A DNA stretch of 64,000 nucleotides from Promethearchaeota archaeon. Lineage in GTDB: Archaea > Asgardarchaeota > Lokiarchaeia > Sigyniarchaeales > SOKP01. The stretch spans positions 1-64,000 of the forward strand of contig JALGVJ010000042.1 of NCBI GenBank assembly GCA_029838195.1, read 5' to 3'. The notes under the pieces are model-generated. The model was given only the letters and a program-made list of their open reading frames with translations. It searched no databases and was not told the DNA's origin. Positions 21,260-32,400 of this stretch are shown here, one piece after another; the stretch's first letter is position 1, and each line of letters starts with the position of its first letter. The translations under genes were made by a program, and so were the position numbers.

Positions 21260-22657
21260 TTAAAGATTTAGTTCGAGGAGTCTCTGTTTATTTTTTTTGA
21301 CGATCTCTGGTTTTAATTCATAAACACGCCACATGAAAAGAAATCCAATGCTATAAAAAAATGCAGGAACGGCAAACATTCCAAAATTAATGCCCCATTG
21401 AGCTTGAGATGTTTGAATCAAAGAAGTAGGGTCGAAATTTGTTAAGGGATGAATTATACCGAAGGTGACCGCTTGAATTACGATGCTCATACGTCCAAAA
21501 AAAGTTCGAAAGCCGTAATACACGCCCTCATCCCTCTTTCCCGTTTTTACGACAATATCATCGATTACGTCACTAAAACAAGCATATATTAGTGTCCAAG
21601 TTGCCCCCATTGAAAATCCTATTAATGCCATGCCTATAAACGTGAACGTGAAGTCTCTAATGAACATTGTAATAATTAAAAAAAGAGCAGTGCCTCCTGT
21701 TCCACACATGTAGCCAACTCTGTTTCCATATTTTCTTGCAACTTTCACCCATAAAGGAGATGAGCTCACGGCTGCTAAAAGAAAAACTAATAATAAGGCG
21801 GTCTCTGCGAATGGATCATTTACTTTTACAACATATTGAAGCCAATAGGGTACAGAAGCAAGCATCAATGCCATGACGGTGGTTTGAGCTAAATAGGCGA
21901 AAAGATAGGCGATATAATTCTTTTGCTTTAATCCAAATACTAATTTTCGCCAATATTTATCTCGTTGAGCACGGCTTTCACGGATGAATAAAGTTCTTTT
22001 GATCATTTGCTCATCCTCTCTCATGCCAGGAATCATGAAAAATACAACAGTTAAACATGTAATAGATACGAATAAGGCCACCTCCACGTAGGACGCCACG
22101 TTGGTTCCCGGAGGGCCTCTAGATATGAGGAGGAGAGGAACTAAAATGCCAAGCAAGAGTCCCGTGAGAGAGCATAAAATTTGTGTGCCAGCCACTTTTG
22201 TCCGTTCTTTTTGAGAACGAAATTTATCCGGAAATATCCCTTGCCAATTAATGAGAGCAAAACTAAAAAGAGTATCGAATAGGCATAAAGTAAATAACAG
22301 CCATGCAAAACCCTCAATGCCATTACCCGGGGGTAAATAAATTAATGCATAAACTAAAGTACAAGGGATCGCCGCCAAAATGAACCACGAAAATCTTCTT
22401 CCAAATCGCCTCATGAAATTAAAAGATTTTCCTGAAACGTGTCCTGCTAAGGGATCATTCACGGCATTCCAAATTCCATAGATAATAATCGCAGTACTAA
22501 TAAAAGCTACGGGGAGAAAAATTTCTGTCTCGTAGAATTTAAAGACCCACGTACTCAACACGGTCGCAATGAAATCATCTAAAAAACTCCCAAGGGCATA
22601 CGATACATGAATGGGCGTGGTATAATTGAACGCTTCTTCTTCAAATTTTTCTTGCAT
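21260..22657 (-). CDS. MFS transporter, GPH (MelB-like) family
   Basis: WNAVNDPLAGHVS, RFGRR, SDVIDD...TGKRDEGVYYG; about 12 TM. Confidence 0.9.
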   Translation of the reverse strand: MQEKFEEEAFNYTTPIHVSYALGSFLDDFIATVLSTWVFKFYETEIFLPVAFISTAIIIYGIWNAVNDPLAGHVSGKSFNFMRRFGRRFSWFILAAIPCTLVYALIYLPPGNGIEGFAWLLFTLCLFDTLFSFALINWQGIFPDKFRSQKERTKVAGTQILCSLTGLLLGILVPLLLISRGPPGTNVASYVEVALFVSITCLTVVFFMIPGMREDEQMIKRTLFIRESRAQRDKYWRKLVFGLKQKNYIAYLFAYLAQTTVMALMLASVPYWLQYVVKVNDPFAETALLLVFLLAAVSSSPLWVKVARKYGNRVGYMCGTGGTALFLIITMFIRDFTFTFIGMALIGFSMGATWTLIYACFSDVIDDIVVKTGKRDEGVYYGFRTFFGRMSIVIQAVTFGIIHPLTNFDPTSLIQTSQAQWGINFGMFAVPAFFYSIGFLFMWRVYELKPEIVKKNKQRLLELNL

Positions 22658-22872
22658 TTTTAATTCTCGAAATTAATTTGCGTAATTATATATATTATAG
22701 ATTATTTAGAATTTAAAGAAAAGATTTAGGAAAATCCTGTTATTTTTTTCGTTTAATGAAAAATTAGAAAGTTAAGCATTAATAAATCAATATATTATTA
22801 TCTTCATTTTTTTATTAAGTACCATTGGTTTCATAAATTATTTTAAATATATCACATGTATTCCAATTGATG

Positions 22873-22893
22873 ATATATCGAAGATTGATATAT
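22873..22893. promoter_or_regulatory. Inverted repeat ATATATC-N7-GATATAT, candidate PadR operator
   Basis: Perfect 7-bp dyad about 42 bp upstream of the PadR start. Confidence 0.45.
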
Positions 22894-22935
22894 TAATACA
22901 TTCTTAAGTTACACGATTAATGATTCGTTTTTAAC

Positions 22936-23499
22936 ATGGCAGAGCAGATTGCAGAAAATTTTGAAAACTTGATGAAAAAAGGATTCATCTCCACGCTGAT
23001 CTTATTGGTTCTTGAAAATAAGGCTTCTCATGGATATGAAATCGGGAAATTCATTAAAGAGAGAACGTTAGGTATTTGGGATCTTCCATCGTCCACCATT
23101 TATACGATTCTTAAAGACATGACAGAAAAAGGCTTGCTTGACTATCATGTGTCAAGAGAAGAAGGACGAGAAAGAAAAGTTTATAAAATCACCCCTAAAG
23201 GACTAAAAACATTAAAAATGATCTTACAAAAACATCAAATCATAAAAGATACGTTTACCTCTCTAAAAGCAGCGATGCTAGATGATGAGGCTAAGGTACC
23301 TCTAAAATTTTTTCCGAAATTAATGCCTGCCTTGTTAATCGAACGCCTAGATAAAAAAACCGATGAAGAAAAGTTAGAATTTTTGGAAGTCCAAAAAAGA
23401 GGACTTTCAATGGAAATTACCCGATTAAATTGGCTCCTTAAAAAAATAGATGAAATAATTGAGAAATTAAAGAAAAAAATGGAGGTAAAATTAGATTGA
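22936..23499 (+). CDS. PadR-family transcriptional regulator
   Basis: SHGYEI, STIYTILKDMTEKGLL, RERKVYKITPKG. Confidence 0.92.
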   Translation: MAEQIAENFENLMKKGFISTLILLVLENKASHGYEIGKFIKERTLGIWDLPSSTIYTILKDMTEKGLLDYHVSREEGRERKVYKITPKGLKTLKMILQKHQIIKDTFTSLKAAMLDDEAKVPLKFFPKLMPALLIERLDKKTDEEKLEFLEVQKRGLSMEITRLNWLLKKIDEIIEKLKKKMEVKLD

Positions 23500-24827
23500 G
23501 TGAAAATATCATTGAAGTTAAAAACTTGACTAAAATCTATAAACAAGGAAATGTTCTTGCTGTTGATGACGTGAGTTTTTCCATTCGAAAAGGAGAAGTT
23601 TTTGCATTGCTTGGTCCTAATGGCGCCGGAAAAACCACGACAATCAGTATTTTGGCTACTATTTTACACCCAACAAGCGGTGTGATTAAGGTAAACTCTC
23701 ATGACGTTTTAAAAGACCCCGATAAAGTAAGAAAAAGCATCGGCATCGTGTTTCAAGAATCCGCTGTCGATTCCGAAATGACGGGATGGGAAAATCTTGA
23801 ACTCCACGCCATTTTATACGGCATTCCTAAAAAGGAGCGAAAACAGAAAATCAAGGAAGTATTAAAATTAGTGGATCTTGAAGATAAGGCTAATTTATAC
23901 GTTAAAAATTATTCCGGTGGAATGAAAAGACGCTTGGAGATTGCCCGGGGATTAATTCATGAGCCTAAAATCTTGTTCCTTGACGAACCAACATTAGGCC
24001 TCGACCCACAAACCCGGAGAAAGATTTGGGAAAAAATAAAAGAATTGAATCAAGGGCCATCGCACATGACAATCTTAATTACGACTCATTACATGGAAGA
24101 AGCAGATGAACTTGCCCATAGAATATGCATCATGGATAAAGGAAAAATCATTGCCCTGGATACCTCAGAAAACCTTAAAAAACAAATCTCGGGGGATATC
24201 ATAGATATCCAATTTGAGAAAATTAAAAACCCGGGGATCTTGCCCAAAATCATTTCACAATTAAAGCAAGTTGAGGGAATCAAGAATATCTCTCTCGTGG
24301 ATTCTTCGGCTTCAAAAGATTTCATGCAAATGAACATGAATTTACCGCCAGGCATGAAAAACATTAATCCTCAAATGATACGGGCACGCATGCAAGAACT
24401 CATGTCAGATCCGAAAAAATTAATTAAAGCATGGAAGAAATTTCCCATGGCCTCTCAAATGTTTCTAAATGCTCCGTTAGAAGCCAAAAAAAGGATTGCT
24501 AATTTATTTACCCCAGACTTGATCGAACAGGTACCTGAACCAATTAAAGAAATCATCCTTAAAATTCAAAAGGATGAGTATATAGAAGAAACATCATCAA
24601 AGTTCGAGCCAAAAATATCGATTTCATGCGAAAATGGAAGTCGGCAACTTCCCCCGCTTATTTTAAAAATTAATGATTTACATTTACAAATAAAAAATAT
24701 TAACATGCATCAACCTACGTTAGAAGACGTGTTTCTACATTACACGGGCAGTGCTATCAGAGAAGAAACTTCGACTCCCACGAAAGAAATTAAAAAATTT
24801 ATTCAAATGAGAAAATTAAGGAAGTGA
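23496..24827 (+). CDS. ABC exporter ATP-binding subunit (DrrA-like) with a C-terminal insertion
   Basis: GPNGAGKT, YSGGMKRR, LFLDEPT, TTHYMEEA, PTLEDVF. Confidence 0.93.
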   Translation: MSENIIEVKNLTKIYKQGNVLAVDDVSFSIRKGEVFALLGPNGAGKTTTISILATILHPTSGVIKVNSHDVLKDPDKVRKSIGIVFQESAVDSEMTGWENLELHAILYGIPKKERKQKIKEVLKLVDLEDKANLYVKNYSGGMKRRLEIARGLIHEPKILFLDEPTLGLDPQTRRKIWEKIKELNQGPSHMTILITTHYMEEADELAHRICIMDKGKIIALDTSENLKKQISGDIIDIQFEKIKNPGILPKIISQLKQVEGIKNISLVDSSASKDFMQMNMNLPPGMKNINPQMIRARMQELMSDPKKLIKAWKKFPMASQMFLNAPLEAKKRIANLFTPDLIEQVPEPIKEIILKIQKDEYIEETSSKFEPKISISCENGSRQLPPLILKINDLHLQIKNINMHQPTLEDVFLHYTGSAIREETSTPTKEIKKFIQMRKLRK

Positions 24828-24834
24828 GGTAAAA

Positions 24835-25635
24835 ATGACTGAATTGGTTGAATTTAATATAAAATTACGATTAGCTGTAATTTGGGTATTAGCACGCCGA
24901 GAGATTCTTGATTTTTGGCGAAGTAAAACAAGGATTATAACATCCTTCGTGCAAGGATTAATGTTTTTGATCGTTTTTAGTGGAGGCTTTTCATCATTCC
25001 AAATCTCGATACAAGGGGTACAAATTGACTCTAGTGCGTTCGTTGCTTCAGGGATTTGCGCCATGAGCATCTTATTCTCTGGAATTTTTGGTGGCATGGG
25101 CGTCATGCGGGATAAAATGTTTGGTTTCATGAAAGAATTAATAGTTGCACCCATTCGACGTCAAATGCTAATGGTTGGAAGAACCGTGGGCATCGCCTTA
25201 CAGACATTAATTCAAAGTTTAATCATTTTTTTCATTAGCTTTGCATTCGGATATTTTGGGTATGATTGGAGACTAATTTGGCGCATTTTATTGTACGTTC
25301 CCGTAGCACTGTTGGCAAGCTTGGGAATTGTGGGTTTAGGATTGACAATTGGATCAAGGATGAGGGATTTTCAATCGTTTGGATTAATCCAGACATTTAT
25401 CGTGATGCCCATGTTCTGGTTTTCAGGAGCTTTCTTTGCTTTTAGCACGGTGCCACCTTACATGCAAATTGCGATGTATTTCAATCCATTCGCATATTCC
25501 GTGGATTTATTTCGATTCGTTCTTTTTAGCGTGTCATTTATACCGGTATGGTTAGATCTTTTAGTTATGAGTCTTTTTGGGCTCACGTTTATAATTATTG
25601 GCGCGCGATCGTTTAATAAGATGGAAGTAACATGA
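24835..25635 (+). CDS. ABC-2 type exporter permease (DrrB-like)
   Basis: DKMFGFMKELIVAPI, PMFWFSGAFF, NPFAYSVD; 6 TM; in operon with the ATPase. Confidence 0.9.
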   Translation: MTELVEFNIKLRLAVIWVLARREILDFWRSKTRIITSFVQGLMFLIVFSGGFSSFQISIQGVQIDSSAFVASGICAMSILFSGIFGGMGVMRDKMFGFMKELIVAPIRRQMLMVGRTVGIALQTLIQSLIIFFISFAFGYFGYDWRLIWRILLYVPVALLASLGIVGLGLTIGSRMRDFQSFGLIQTFIVMPMFWFSGAFFAFSTVPPYMQIAMYFNPFAYSVDLFRFVLFSVSFIPVWLDLLVMSLFGLTFIIIGARSFNKMEVT

Positions 25636-25816
25636 TTAAATGGATTATTCTTAAAAGAAATCCTAAATCTTTTATCTTTTTTATAACTTTTTAGTTGATT
25701 TCTATATACATTTTATTAGAAAATTTTAAAAAAGGAAATCCAACAAAACGGATTCCTTCCCGGAAAAACAAAATAAAATCTAACTATTTTTAATGGTTGA
25801 AGATAAGGGAAAAAAA

Positions 25817-26053
25817 CTAATTTTTCTGTTTGGTTACTTTCCGACTTGAAGATACATGATATAGAAAGATTGACATGAAAATTGTGCCGATGGGAAGGAG
25901 GATGATTCCGATTAGAATGGAATTTAAAGCGGTTGGTAAGGGTTCATTAAATTGATTTAACAAAATGATTCCGAACACGAGTAGATTTAGCCTGATTATC
26001 GTGATTATAAGAAAGAGCGCGCCAAGATAGAGATTAATTTTAAATTTGCTCAT
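25817..26053 (-). CDS. Small two-TM membrane protein
   Basis: 78 aa, two hydrophobic helices, basic C-terminus. Confidence 0.5.
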   Translation of the reverse strand: MSKFKINLYLGALFLIITIIRLNLLVFGIILLNQFNEPLPTALNSILIGIILLPIGTIFMSIFLYHVSSSRKVTKQKN

Positions 26054-26445
26054 AATCTGAAAACATAATAAGAATAAAAAAAAGATTTGTGTTTAAGATC
26101 GCAAATGAAAGATTTTTCTTGTAATGAACACGTTTTTGGTATATTAATCCCCTTAACAGCATTCTTTTATAAATTTGAAAGTAGAGTAAAAAATTTAAAA
26201 AAAATTCCTTGCGAACTAAAGTTCGCTTCTAATCACTAAAATTTTTTCCTTTAATTATAAGATGGATTATATCAAGGAAAAAAAAAATAAAAATAAATAC
26301 TATAAAGGTCATATTTTTATTCAGATATTTCCATGGAAATTAATGAAATGAAAAGAAAGAACGGCGATTTATTTTGAAATAGTTGCAAGTGAATGAAAAG
26401 AAAATCAAAATAAATTTCATTAATAAATAAAAAGAGTTTAAAAAC

Positions 26446-27699
26446 ATGATTCAAGGTATTTTAACTTTTCAATTTATTTTAAATCAAACTGAAAGTGGAG
26501 AAATTCATCCAGAATTTCGACCAATTGAGCTCGTTTTTGGAGAAAGCGGATTTAACGAAGAAAATTATTTAGAGTTAATTTCGGAAAATGACATATTTGC
26601 TATTTTTTATAATCATACCACGGGAATTCAAAGGGGGACAGAAAAACTTAGAAATTTTTTCTCCGGCCGTTTAAAAGAAAAACCTTATCAAGTCATATCT
26701 TTTTATAAACAAGAAGAGGGTGGCTCTCAATTCTTAACGATCTCCGTTTTTAATTTAACGGATGAACTTGATATCTTTGAAGATTTAATTAATAAGATGG
26801 CGCTCCGCATGGATCCTTTATTTAAAGCTTTAGAGACTGCGGTTAAGACGAATCAAATGTCCATTTTAACTAACATTCGAACAAGAATTCGAAACGAATT
26901 AGAGTTCACGTTATTTCAAGTCATGCGATTGTCAAATCTGGATAAAACGCAAAAAGCAGCGTCTATTTTTACAAGCGATGAGAGACTTGAAATATTGAAG
27001 ATTTTAAGAGAACGCCCAATTTCGAAAGTAGAACTAAAGGAGATTCTTGAAACAATAAAGGAAAATGCCAATATAGAAATCTTACTTGAACCCTTTTTAG
27101 AATTAAACTTGATACGACGGGATTGGATTGAAGGAAGCCGGGATAAAAAAACGGGACGAATCACGCACCGCGGAGAATATTTATTTTTAGTAAAAGACAT
27201 TATTTTAGCCCGTGTTCCCAATTTAAAACTTTTAGAAAGTTTAAAAGACTTTCGAGAGGATCTTCATGAAAAATTTGAAAAACGATTGACTTCTTATTTT
27301 GAAAAGTATGACCCAATAACTCAATCCATTGAAGAAACAAAGCAATTAGCCTCTCTTCTTTTAGACCCCGATATTTATGACAATATTGCGTTAATGAGGA
27401 GTAAATTTTATCCCAGAGATAAAATTCCGAATGTTTTCTCAGATTTTGCCGATACGGAAAAAATGCTTGAAAGATTAAAAGAAATGGATATAATCACCGA
27501 AATTCGGGATAATAAAAATAGACAATGGTTATTTCTAATGTGTGATATTAAACCAATCATAATATTTCCCGAATACCTCATGCCAAAAATTAGGGAGGCC
27601 TATAAGGGGGAAAAGAAGGAAAGCACGATTACATTAGAAATCGCCAAAAAAGCATATGATTTATTAGAAACCACCTATAATGAAAAAGTAGAATTTTAA
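26446..27699 (+). CDS. Hypothetical protein: longin/uDENN-like N-terminus plus tandem winged helices (inferred)
   Basis: 417-aa soluble ORF; two internal wHTH-like repeats ending EYLFLVKDI and QWLFLMCDI. Confidence 0.6.
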   Translation: MIQGILTFQFILNQTESGEIHPEFRPIELVFGESGFNEENYLELISENDIFAIFYNHTTGIQRGTEKLRNFFSGRLKEKPYQVISFYKQEEGGSQFLTISVFNLTDELDIFEDLINKMALRMDPLFKALETAVKTNQMSILTNIRTRIRNELEFTLFQVMRLSNLDKTQKAASIFTSDERLEILKILRERPISKVELKEILETIKENANIEILLEPFLELNLIRRDWIEGSRDKKTGRITHRGEYLFLVKDIILARVPNLKLLESLKDFREDLHEKFEKRLTSYFEKYDPITQSIEETKQLASLLLDPDIYDNIALMRSKFYPRDKIPNVFSDFADTEKMLERLKEMDIITEIRDNKNRQWLFLMCDIKPIIIFPEYLMPKIREAYKGEKKESTITLEIAKKAYDLLETTYNEKVEF

Positions 27700-27781
27700 A
27701 TTTTTTCAGAAATTTTTTCTAATTCAAATTCAAGATTTCTCTATTTCTAACTGAAGGAAAAATTGTAAAATTTCTTGATGA

Positions 27782-29419
27782 TTAATAAGCGAATCTTAGA
27801 TTCTTAATATATTCAATCATGGTCTGAACTTGTCTGAAGATTTCTAATTTAAAATCATCACTTAATTGGAATAAAAATATGGAGAAATCTTTTTCTTCCA
27901 GTTCTTCATCAAGCTCTAATTGATGAATTAAATCTGAATAAGTGGTATCTGAAGCCACACGAAATCCTATCGAAATAACTTTATTTTTCTTAATTTTATT
28001 GAAAAGTTTGTGGAGGATTTCTTTCAATTCGGAAATGTCTTGGACATTTTCCCTCGCATCGAAAATGCATAAAATCCCATCAGAATCCGTAATTTTAAAA
28101 GAATAAAAGTCTTGACTCTCTAAGACCAATCCAAAAGGATACTTGATGATTTTTTTATTCTTTTTTTCTTTAATTAGTGTTTTATCATTGATCGGAAACA
28201 ATTCTGTAAATAATTGTAATCCCGGACTCCAGGCAAGATCTTTATTCAAAAAAGTCAGGATCAGCTCCCCCTTATCCTCGAGAATGATATTGATGTTTTC
28301 TTTAATAAGAGAACGTAATCGTTTATTTTCCAATTCTTCAAATCTTTGAATAAAATGATATGAAAGAAAGGTAAAGGCTTCATGAATATTTTCACCCGTT
28401 AATGCACTAGTTTCGATAAAAGAAATCCTCGTTTTAGTGCCCTTACTGAACCGGGATAAATCGGAAAACGGTGTCAAATCTGATTTTATACTAAAAGTAG
28501 CAAGTTCAGAGAGTTCCTTAGCTAAATTAGCACCCTCTTCAAAAGATACTTCACGCTGCTCTTTTAAATCAATCTTATTCCCGATAATGATGATGGGTAA
28601 ATCCTTATTTTGAGCGAACTCCATCAACTCATTATACCACGTTTTAACGTTTTCAAAACTTTTACGTGATGTCGTATCAAAAACCACGAAAGCTGCTTGC
28701 GTTCCATTATAATATGTCTTTCTAAAACGCTTGAAATACTCTTGCGCACCAATATCCCACAAGAGGATATTAATTCTATTACCAAATACTTCGAAATCAT
28801 GACTTAATACGTTTAATCCAATCGTAGTTCGATAATCTTGCTGGAATCTCTTTTCTATGAAGCGTCGGATAATAGATGTCTTGCCTACTTGATGGTCTCC
28901 TAAGATTATGAATTTAAATTGAAAATTATATCCCGTGCTTAAATCTTTTTTATAGATTTGGTTTCTCAGATATTTCATGAAGTCGCCCCTTGAAGATTCA
29001 TGGACCAAATTAGGAAGGATTAATTGATTTTCATCAATCGATTCCTCTGAAAGAATTTGAGCCACTTTTTCTGCAAGTAGATATGCAAATGGTGCTATTT
29101 TATCGATAGAACCCATGGCCATCATTACTAAACTCAATGTAGTGGATTCATCTATAGAAATGAATAATAAGCGGTGGTCTTCCGTATCAAAACTGGCTGT
29201 GCCAAATTTTTTAAACTCAAATTCATTTCTAATTCTGTCTAAAATGGGATTTACTATAGCTGTCAAAAACGAAACTAATTCAATATCGATATTTCTACTT
29301 TTCTCTCCTGCAAGAATCAAGCCCTGGTCATCCGATACAATGACTGCTTCCACGTCCTTATTGATCTCTAAAAAACTTTTTAATAATTTCGTAAAAAAGT
29401 AATTTTTATTTACTACCAA
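27782..29419 (-). CDS. Roadblock/LC7 domain + Rab-like small GTPase + degenerate GTPase-like C-terminal domain
   Basis: VEAVIVSDDQGLILA (Roadblock); G1 GDHQVGKT, G2 YRTTIG, G3 WDIGAQ, G4 GNKID, G5 ETSAL; C-terminal SDGILCIFDA. Confidence 0.9.
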   Translation of the reverse strand: MVVNKNYFFTKLLKSFLEINKDVEAVIVSDDQGLILAGEKSRNIDIELVSFLTAIVNPILDRIRNEFEFKKFGTASFDTEDHRLLFISIDESTTLSLVMMAMGSIDKIAPFAYLLAEKVAQILSEESIDENQLILPNLVHESSRGDFMKYLRNQIYKKDLSTGYNFQFKFIILGDHQVGKTSIIRRFIEKRFQQDYRTTIGLNVLSHDFEVFGNRINILLWDIGAQEYFKRFRKTYYNGTQAAFVVFDTTSRKSFENVKTWYNELMEFAQNKDLPIIIIGNKIDLKEQREVSFEEGANLAKELSELATFSIKSDLTPFSDLSRFSKGTKTRISFIETSALTGENIHEAFTFLSYHFIQRFEELENKRLRSLIKENINIILEDKGELILTFLNKDLAWSPGLQLFTELFPINDKTLIKEKKNKKIIKYPFGLVLESQDFYSFKITDSDGILCIFDARENVQDISELKEILHKLFNKIKKNKVISIGFRVASDTTYSDLIHQLELDEELEEKDFSIFLFQLSDDFKLEIFRQVQTMIEYIKNLRFAY

Positions 29420-29494
29420 AATTGATCTCAGCTTTCTATTTTTTAAAAAAATAGTAGAAAATTAAATAAATAAATTTTGTTTAATTTCTTTTCT

Positions 29495-32400
29495 TTACAA
29501 TTCGTCAGGATTCTGAGAGTCGTCAATAAAAACATCGGTATCTTTTAATTCTCCTTGTCCCATGGATTGCTCTAGTGCCGATTTCTCTTCTTCCGTGGCT
29601 TTCACTTTTACACCCTTCAGTTTTGGCCTCAGAATTTTTGCCAACACGCCTAATTGTTTCTCATATTCTTCTTTTAACAATGTTTCTCTGGTTTTTATTT
29701 CAAGATCGGGCATTTGTTTCTTTTTTAGCATTTTCCTAAATTTCCGAAGTTTTCGAATGGGTTTGGGATATTTTAAAACTTTCTGATAAGCAACAAGATA
29801 GGAGCTTAATCCAACCACGCCTCCAATGGCTAACCCAAGATATATTTGAAACAATAAAACATTTTCTTCGGGACTTTGCACGTTCAAGGTTATTTTAAAA
29901 CGCTCAAAATCATACTCATCTGCACCATATACCGTAATCGTTATCGTATACACGCCATCAGGCACGTTAGTATTAGTTATTAGGGCTTGATAAATACCAT
30001 CTCCATCAGGATCTTCGAGAGTTCCTTGCCCTCGCTCCCATGTATAATTCACCGTGGCGCCTTTAATTCTGCCTCCGAAATCTAAATCTTTTAATTCAAT
30101 AGTAAGATTAATATTTTCACCTGGTTCTATTGTTACGGTGGTGTTTTGATTAATTAAGGCAATTTCAGTTTGAATTCTCTTTACATTAATGGTAATCCGA
30201 ATTGTTTGAGATTCATAATTACCTTTAGTTGCTATAATGCTTAAAAATCTGGTTCCTATATCTAAAGTTTCAGATTTTATTCCAATAGAATAAACTTCAG
30301 AAGTTGGATCCTCATCTAAAATTTCATCAATATCTTCTCCCGTAATATTAACTTCAGTACCAGTAATAAAGGCATCCAAGTCTTTGTCTAGATATTCTAT
30401 TTCTATCGTAATTCGTTTTCCATAGGGGATATCAATGGATGGTTTGGATGTTTTTTCCGCCCCATTCAGATATAATTTTAATAGAGTCTCTCTGTGCGTT
30501 ATTTCCACTCTGAAGAGAATTGATTGCGATTCATAATTCGTTTTTTCAGCAATCAATGTAAGATAAAACACTCCAACCCCGAAAACAGCAGAGTTGATGA
30601 CTTTAGTGTATCTTTGATTAATTGCATTTAATTGATCTGAATATCCTCCTCCTTCAATTGAAAGATTAGCGGACGCGATATTTTTCTTATTTGCATCTCT
30701 ATAATAAGCAGTAATATTTATCAGTTCATTATATGCTGAAGTAATAGATATATCCGTCTCGCTTGACATGTTTTTTCCATTTAAAAATAAATCTAATGTA
30801 GAATTTTTCGCTATAACTTCAAATTTAATAGTAATGGTTTGAGGCTCATAATATGAATATTTGGTTCCAAATTGTCGGAGAATCCAGGTCCCGTTAAATT
30901 TACCGTTGCATCGGGGATAAGAACAGGGGGTTCCTGGTCTATATCTATATACTCCAAAGTGATGTTATATATATCGCCGGGAGTAAATGGATCTGCTTCT
31001 ATAATGACCCCTGTTAAAGATTGATGGGTACCGTTAATATACAATTTTAATTGGGTCTTTCGTTGCGTGACTTCCACTCTGAAGAGAATTGATTGCGCTT
31101 CATAATTCGTTTTTTCAGCTATCAATGTAAGATAAAACACTCCAACCCCGAAAACTGCAGAATTGATGACTTTAGTATATCTTTGATTAATTGCATTTAA
31201 TTGATCTGAATACCCTCCTCCTTCAATTGAAAGATTAGCGGAAGCGATGTTCTCCCTATTAGTATCTCTATAATATGCTGTAATATTTATCAGCTCATTA
31301 TATGCTAAAGTAATAGATATATCCGTCTCGCTTGACATGTTTTTTCCATTTAAAAATAAATCTAATGTAGAATTTTTCGCTATAACTTCAAATTTAATAG
31401 TAATGGTTTGAGGCTCATAATTTTGTGCCAAGATTGATAAATAGTTCACGCCCCAATTTAAATCTTCGGAATTTAATATCACGGAATAATTATTATGGAT
31501 ATTGGGAAGTAATTTGTCGGAAAATCCAGGTCCCGTTAAATTTACCGTTGCATCGGGGATAAGAACATGGGGTTCCTGGTCTATATCTATATACTCCAAA
31601 GTGATGTTATATATATCGCCGGGAGTAAATGGATCTGCCTCTACAATAACTCCTGTCAAAGATTGGCGCGTCCCGTTAATATATAATCTTAGTTCTGTTT
31701 GGGTCTGAACGATTTCTATGGTAATGAAAACTATTTGAGGTAAACAAGTATCATTTTGAGCATAGATGGTAAAAAAATTAACGCCTTGATTCAATAGTGA
31801 TGTATTTATGGGAATAGAATAATTTTCCGTGCCAAAAGAGCGTAGAACATCGGAGATGCCAGAACCATTAATAGTAACATGCGCTCCTTCTATAAAATCC
31901 CCTGTTTGTTTCTCGAAATATGTCATGTTAATATTAATTGTTTTATTAACGGTACATGCAATATAAGTAGTTTGAGTCCCATTTAGATAAATCATTTTAT
32001 CAGTACTTTTAGCGTAAATAACTACGGTTATTGTTGCTGAATCTATGGTATAATTTTCTTTTTCAGCTGAGATGGATAAATAAGAAACCCCTTCGCTCAA
32101 AATTGATGTATCTAAGGTAATATTATATTGATTAAAGCCCGATTTATTATTTAAATTACCCAAAAAATTTGTTCCTTCCCATAATTTTACGGTGGCATTG
32201 TCAATAAAAGTAGTAGTAGATTGATCTATATAATTAACGGTTATATTAAGAGGATCTCCCGAACCTAAACTGATTGATGTCTGTTCCGTGCCATTTAAAT
32301 AAACCTTTTCAATAGACGCATTTCTATTCGAAACTCGTACCCGAAAGGTCTTTTCTATTACCTCATAATACCGTCTATAAGCCCTAATTGTTAAATATTT

